Below, piece by piece: positions 60,401-64,000 of a stretch of 64,000 nucleotides of DNA; positions within the stretch are counted from its first letter, which is position 1, and each line of letters begins with the position of its first letter. Location: contig CAWCNS010000005.1 of NCBI GenBank assembly GCA_963796965.1, positions 736,001-800,000 of the forward strand, given 5' to 3'. Source of the DNA: Calditrichia bacterium. Its GTDB lineage: Bacteria; Calditrichota; Calditrichia; JAJRVZ01. The position numbers and the translations under genes are program-made. Under the pieces are notes generated by a model. It saw only the letters and a list, made by a program, of their open reading frames with translations. It made no database searches and was not told the DNA's origin.

Positions 60401-60881
60401 GCAAATCCTGATCAGCAAAATGTATCTGACCAAAGGGATAGGCCGCATCAAAACTAATTTCACGAAAACGTGGCAAGCCGTGGTTATCCGCACCGGTGCC
60501 ATCCGAACTTTCATATTCTGACAGATCCATTGGGCCCATCAACGCCCGGCTTACCGGAGCATGACCTGCTTGTTCAGTAAAAATCGCAAAAAATGGCGCA
60601 CGGTTACCGACAGGTGTACCATGAAATCCCTTTGCCGGTCGGTTTACAATCTCCCAGTGACGCAGGGCACCATTCCCCATTAAAGAAATGGTTCCGGTAC
60701 CGATGCCACCAATGGGCAAAGCCAGGCGTAGTAAATGGTCCTGATCATAATGTTTTAATACCGGCCAGACCTTATTATTAGCCTCCTCAGGAGTCTGTGC
60801 ACCAACCACCATCAAATCTGATAATAATATAATGGTCATTATAAAAGTCCAATATATTATTTTCTTTTGCTTAAAGATCAT
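57450..60881 (-). CDS. GH116 glucosylceramidase/beta-glucosidase family protein with FN3-associated and F5/8 type C domains
   Basis: LPIGGIGTG, AFNPLIPGD..S.IP, FGWEG, GSCTHVWNY, ADGQLG, QHNTMD, DQLVGQ, EVMTGFEY, ECGHHYARAMASW; KAWLFVDEIIIE. Confidence 0.9.
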   Translation of the reverse strand: MIFKQKKIIYWTFIMTIILLSDLMVVGAQTPEEANNKVWPVLKHYDQDHLLRLALPIGGIGTGTISLMGNGALRHWEIVNRPAKGFHGTPVGNRAPFFAIFTEQAGHAPVSRALMGPMDLSEYESSDGTGADNHGLPRFREISFDAAYPFGQIHFADQDLPVDVTLQAFNPLIPGDADASGIPIAVLRYVLRNKTDENVKVSICGSFENFIGSDGSKFDQSWKGTFIPQGAVSNRNDFRKSDDFQGIFMSSNGIKPESEQWGTMALTTLSGPDITYRTSLERGGWGNDILEFWDDFSADGILTEKPFTGGNTPRASLASAIELEPNQKKSITFFITWHFPNRFAWSPESVGNYYTTQFKDAWDVVEKALPKLNELENKTIDFVQAFCQSDYPAEVKEAALFNLSTLRTQTCFRTADGFFFGWEGCNDNSGCCMGSCTHVWNYEQATAFTFGDLAQKMRIIEFDYSTNPKGLMSFRVGLPLSSAQASGVAAADGQLGTIMKMYREWQLSGDDELLKRLWPNVKKALEFCWIEGGWDGDIDGVMEGCQHNTMDVEYYGPNPQMQFWYLGALRAAEEMAIYLGDIEFSEICRALFNHGSAWVDENLFNGEYYEHKVMPPEDPSAIAPGLTAGMGASDYTDPAYQLARGCLVDQLVGQYMAHICGLGYLAEPENIKKTLQAILKYNYRSSMSSHFNNMRSYALGEEAALLMASYPYERPKNPFPYFNEVMTGFEYTAAIGMLYEGQEEEGLRCIRNIRNRYDGRKRSPFDEAECGHHYARAMASWAAVLAISGFQYSAVEEKMTFKPVEGNFFWSNGSAYGTISFDKKNNAYNTRLKVLNGTIDLKRIELTGHGWMDWAESKQITPDQDLELSIVRRRFPIKMGLGKLTSFSLSDFPRPPAIQDEKGDVIRQKSFSDSIAVRLNGFNERVSLHYTLDGTEPDQSSQRYESPLQITETSTLKVISYLHGKRSLRSSKAKFFKFTAVKGLELATPASAKYPGNGPSTLVDGRRGGTNFNDGRWLGFEENDLESVIDMGEGKTISQVTIGCLNDIRSWIFLPVQVEVSLSEDGKSFQQAGIINTEQIAKAIGATDLSLFGEMGPYDIKVSFDAANVRYVRVKAKNRIRCPEGHPGAGGKAWLFVDEIIIE

Positions 60882-60963
60882 ATCTAAAAAACCTCCTATA
60901 ACCGTTTCAAATTATATCACAAAATTCAGATACATAGAGACAATCAAATACCAATTTCTATTA

Positions 60964-61021
60964 TGTCATCCTGAAAGGATCTTCCCATTTAAATGAGATC
61001 CCGAAACAAGTTCGGGATGAC
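60964..61021. repeat. GTCAT-type palindromic repeat doublet (left arm degenerate)
   Basis: TGTCATCCTGAAAGGATCT ... AGATCCCGAAACAAGTTCGGGATGAC. Confidence 0.65.
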
Positions 61022-61304
61022 CTAACCACAGTTATCTGAACTACCTATGATGTTCAATTCAAATAAATATTTACGATTATTATTTTTAACTAAACGTTTT
61101 TTCCGTGTCCTCCGTGGTTTAAAAAAAATCTTGCATCACGCAAAGACGCAGAGAAATATATTAGGGTTTTAGATCTTGCTAATAATAAATCATTCATCTA
61201 AAACCAATAAACTTCACTACCCGATTACAAAAAATCGAAATAGTCTTTTCTTTGTGTGCTTTGTGTTTAAGCTTTTTTCTCGCAAAGATGAGATTCTCTG
61301 ATGA

Positions 61305-63878
61305 TCAATCAAGCGATTCTTGATCTATGAGCCATTCATGTTCCATACTTATTTTCCCTCCCGGAGGAACCTCCTGTTCTTGGGTGTGAACCTCCATTTT
61401 GGCCATATTTAATTTCTCTGAATCTGAGTATTGACACGAGACGACCTGATTCCTATCAAAACGGTGTTCGAGAGTCAAATCATCAACGATATATTCCAGA
61501 CGCCAGACACCGGCTGGTTTATTTGAGCCATAATATCTTCCCGCTTTTTCAGGATCTGATGAAACCGGTATTTTAAAGGAACCATCCTTGGCACGGGCCT
61601 TTAACACAGTTTTATAAGGATCCGCATTAACAATCATGCGGCACACAAGTTTATAGGTCTTCGCAACTTTGTTTTCATTTAAAATGCTTGATGAAATATG
61701 AATCCGTGACCCAACTTCCGGTACGGTTATTTTACGAATGAAGCGAAGACCGGTATCATAATGTGAGACAAATGCCTCTGGTTTCTTCTGTATGAGGGTT
61801 AGGGTTTTTCCATCTATTTTAGCCTCATATGAATTGGCAAATCCCGTCCCCCCCCATTTCCATGCTGTCACTTCATCATAACCACCACATACCGGATAAA
61901 AGTTTTCCGTTGGATCCTGGAGATTAATAAGATTTGTGCCTGATTTCTTGTAAACCATGCTAATGATTCGACCACCCAGATCCGGAACTACATCCAGCCG
62001 AACATCCTTATTTTCTATTGTTACAATTCTATGTTTTTTAAGCCGCTGTCCTATCATGTGCAGGAGTTTAGCATCACGGCTTTCTTCACGTAACTCCCGG
62101 ACATCAAACCGTTTGAGATCCTCTACAAATCGATCATAATCTTCGAGGCTTATCGTATTCCCGATGGGAACATATTCATCATTCCATATTTCAAGACGGC
62201 CAGAATTTAAGACTAATCTGAGATAGGTAACCGCCAACCTACTTTTATTTATATAATAAGTTGCCGTTTCATCGCCTTGCGCTAAATCGAGTGCCTGATC
62301 ATGAAGTTTCTCCATTTGGGAGAGAACAGTCTTGGGCCACATTTCTTCTGTAACTTTATCAAAGACATGGAGATGCCGATCCGGTGCAGATACCTGAGCA
62401 TGCATCAGATCATAGTAGGCACGCATTGGTTGGAAGGCTTTACCATAAACGCCCTGTAAATATTCATTCACGAGATCATCAGCATTCTGGTAGGGATTCC
62501 AAAGAAGTCGGGCCATTACCCAGGCACGCAAATCAGCATCCGCACTGCCGGGTCCATGACCACCTGAACCCTGAAAAAAGATGCCTCTGACACCCTTTTG
62601 GTGATAGGTTTTAATATCCTCAGTAAATTCCATGAAATCAGGAAAAGGCATGAGCAAATGTCGAAAGTCCGTAACATAATGCCATACGGACATTCGATCT
62701 GTTAATCCAGACCATCCATCGAATCGTTCCCTGAACGTTACAGACGCCGGATCTGTACAGGTTGTAAAAGGATGAGAAACACAAATATCAATGGGAGCGA
62801 GTTGAATAAACACATTTTGTCTGGGCTTTACAAATTTAGGAGGTTTTTCCGTAAAGGCATAGGCAAATGTTACGATAGACTTGTCCGGATGTTTTCTCTC
62901 CACAATCTCTGCCACTTTATTTACATACTGAATGTAAAGCCCTGCTGGCGAGCCCTCCTCCTCCATTATTTTACTGCAGTTTGGGCACAAACAATAGTTT
63001 TCATAATCATTTTGACCGAGGGCAAAGTATTTTTTCTGTGGCTCATCATCCATCCATTTTATCATATTTCTCGCAGTTAACGCAACGATTCCAGGTGCGG
63101 TAAGACATCTCTGAACATAACCTGTCACGCGTTTACCGCCGATAAGTGGAAAATATTCCGGATGCTGTTTAAATAGCGATGGCGGAATAAGTCTTTCAAA
63201 TGTATGATGTGCCTGCATACTAACGCTGCCGCCACGTGTCTCATCAAGGCGACTGTTAATGCGGTTGCGGGCACCCCAATCAAGATCAAAAGCTTCAAAG
63301 ATATAGGGATAACGATAGATAAAAGCGGGGATCTCCGTCTCATTAAGAGTCGGCACACGCAGAATATCTTCTTCCTTATACCAGGTCTTGCGATTTGTAT
63401 ACCAACGGAAGCCAAGATGTTCGAGAAAGGTATAGACACCATACATCGTACCTCTTTGTCTCCCTCCGGCAATCACAATATCTGGTGTATCAGCCTTATT
63501 CGCACTAGTTTTGATGATAAATCCCTCATCCCCCAGTTTTTGCCATTCAACTTGTTCAAACTTCTCGTCCGCCGAAAACGCACTTTTCAAGAGATCCCCG
63601 GTACCAACAAAAATTCGAGGTCCTTTCAGAGTGGAACTTTCATTTTCATCAAGTATGGGTAACCTGGCTCTGGTAGCCATATGGATAAAATGTTGCAGCT
63701 CTCTGGCCGCATGTTTTTCTGATAAGGAAGCTTCTTTTGAAAGGACAATTTTATAAGAACTTTCACCATTGCTGGCAAGAATAAAATCTTCCTTTTCTCC
63801 ACAAGCATTCATGAAACAAACGATAATGAATAATGAAGAAAGAATAAGGAATTTTGGGAGAATATTTTGTTTTTGCAT
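61305..63878 (-). CDS. DUF4838-domain lipoprotein (GH67-like N-domain, putative glycosidase) with C-terminal mutarotase-like domain
   Basis: Lipobox MNAC; AARELQ..LGDEGFII..GG..RGTMYGVY.FLE.LG.RW; HPEYF, QRC, C.C..C, AY..T.KPP, LLWNP; IENKDVRLDVVPDLGGRI. Confidence 0.8.
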   Translation of the reverse strand: MQKQNILPKFLILSSLFIIVCFMNACGEKEDFILASNGESSYKIVLSKEASLSEKHAARELQHFIHMATRARLPILDENESSTLKGPRIFVGTGDLLKSAFSADEKFEQVEWQKLGDEGFIIKTSANKADTPDIVIAGGRQRGTMYGVYTFLEHLGFRWYTNRKTWYKEEDILRVPTLNETEIPAFIYRYPYIFEAFDLDWGARNRINSRLDETRGGSVSMQAHHTFERLIPPSLFKQHPEYFPLIGGKRVTGYVQRCLTAPGIVALTARNMIKWMDDEPQKKYFALGQNDYENYCLCPNCSKIMEEEGSPAGLYIQYVNKVAEIVERKHPDKSIVTFAYAFTEKPPKFVKPRQNVFIQLAPIDICVSHPFTTCTDPASVTFRERFDGWSGLTDRMSVWHYVTDFRHLLMPFPDFMEFTEDIKTYHQKGVRGIFFQGSGGHGPGSADADLRAWVMARLLWNPYQNADDLVNEYLQGVYGKAFQPMRAYYDLMHAQVSAPDRHLHVFDKVTEEMWPKTVLSQMEKLHDQALDLAQGDETATYYINKSRLAVTYLRLVLNSGRLEIWNDEYVPIGNTISLEDYDRFVEDLKRFDVRELREESRDAKLLHMIGQRLKKHRIVTIENKDVRLDVVPDLGGRIISMVYKKSGTNLINLQDPTENFYPVCGGYDEVTAWKWGGTGFANSYEAKIDGKTLTLIQKKPEAFVSHYDTGLRFIRKITVPEVGSRIHISSSILNENKVAKTYKLVCRMIVNADPYKTVLKARAKDGSFKIPVSSDPEKAGRYYGSNKPAGVWRLEYIVDDLTLEHRFDRNQVVSCQYSDSEKLNMAKMEVHTQEQEVPPGGKISMEHEWLIDQESLD

Positions 63879-63917
63879 AGGAGTCTCTATTTATTTAAGA
63901 GGTTGCGTATAAAATTG

Positions 63918-63988
63918 CCACAGAGAACACAGAGTAAATATTTAATAATTATTGACTTAAATGAATTATTTTATTCTCCCTCTCTGTG
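63918..63988. repeat. CACAGAG-type inverted-repeat element, partial
   Basis: CCACAGAGAACACAGAG ... CTCTCTGTG. Confidence 0.55.
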
Positions 63989-64000
63989 ACCCCTAATTTA

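Noticed and set aside
153..63808. Short plus-strand and nested minus-strand ORFs in the track
   Set aside because: They overlap long motif-bearing minus-strand genes or repeats and show no recognisable motifs; they are shadow ORFs.
5880..63990. Integron cassette array (co-oriented genes separated by palindromes)
   Set aside because: No integrase, no consistent RYYYAAC/GTTRRRY attC ends, heterogeneous repeats and genes much longer than typical cassettes.
1..64000. tRNA, rRNA or known riboswitch
   Set aside because: None recognised by eye; a covariance-model search would be needed to exclude small RNAs.

Overview
A 64-kb carbohydrate-foraging region in which about 32 genes all read on the minus strand. 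It encodes exported or lipoprotein CAZymes (GH110, GH43/117-like fused to SGNH, GH20, GH38-like, GH5 endoglycoceramidase-like, GH2, GH95-like/DUF5703, four GH29, GH33, GH97, GH116, DUF4838, a malectin-domain protein) and six Cys-type sulfatases. It also holds a TonB-dependent receptor / CTD protein / PorV-like triad with no SusD. Shine-Dalgarno sites plus the SusD-less triad suggest a non-Bacteroidota FCB-related lineage such as KSB1 or Calditrichota (inference). The most interesting part is a sub-cluster at 15.6-22.3 kb: endoglycoceramidase-like GH5, class II aldolase, class III aminotransferase, SCP2 lipid carrier and FGGY kinase. Its chemistry fits an undescribed route for sphingoid-base (phytosphingosine) catabolism to DHAP plus a fatty aldehyde. 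Most intergenic gaps over about 150 bp hold palindromic non-autonomous repeats of several families, some nested. Seven single-base frameshifts are most likely sequencing errors. No rRNA, tRNA, CRISPR array, transposase or regulator was seen. All family calls are by-eye motif recognition; no searches were run.
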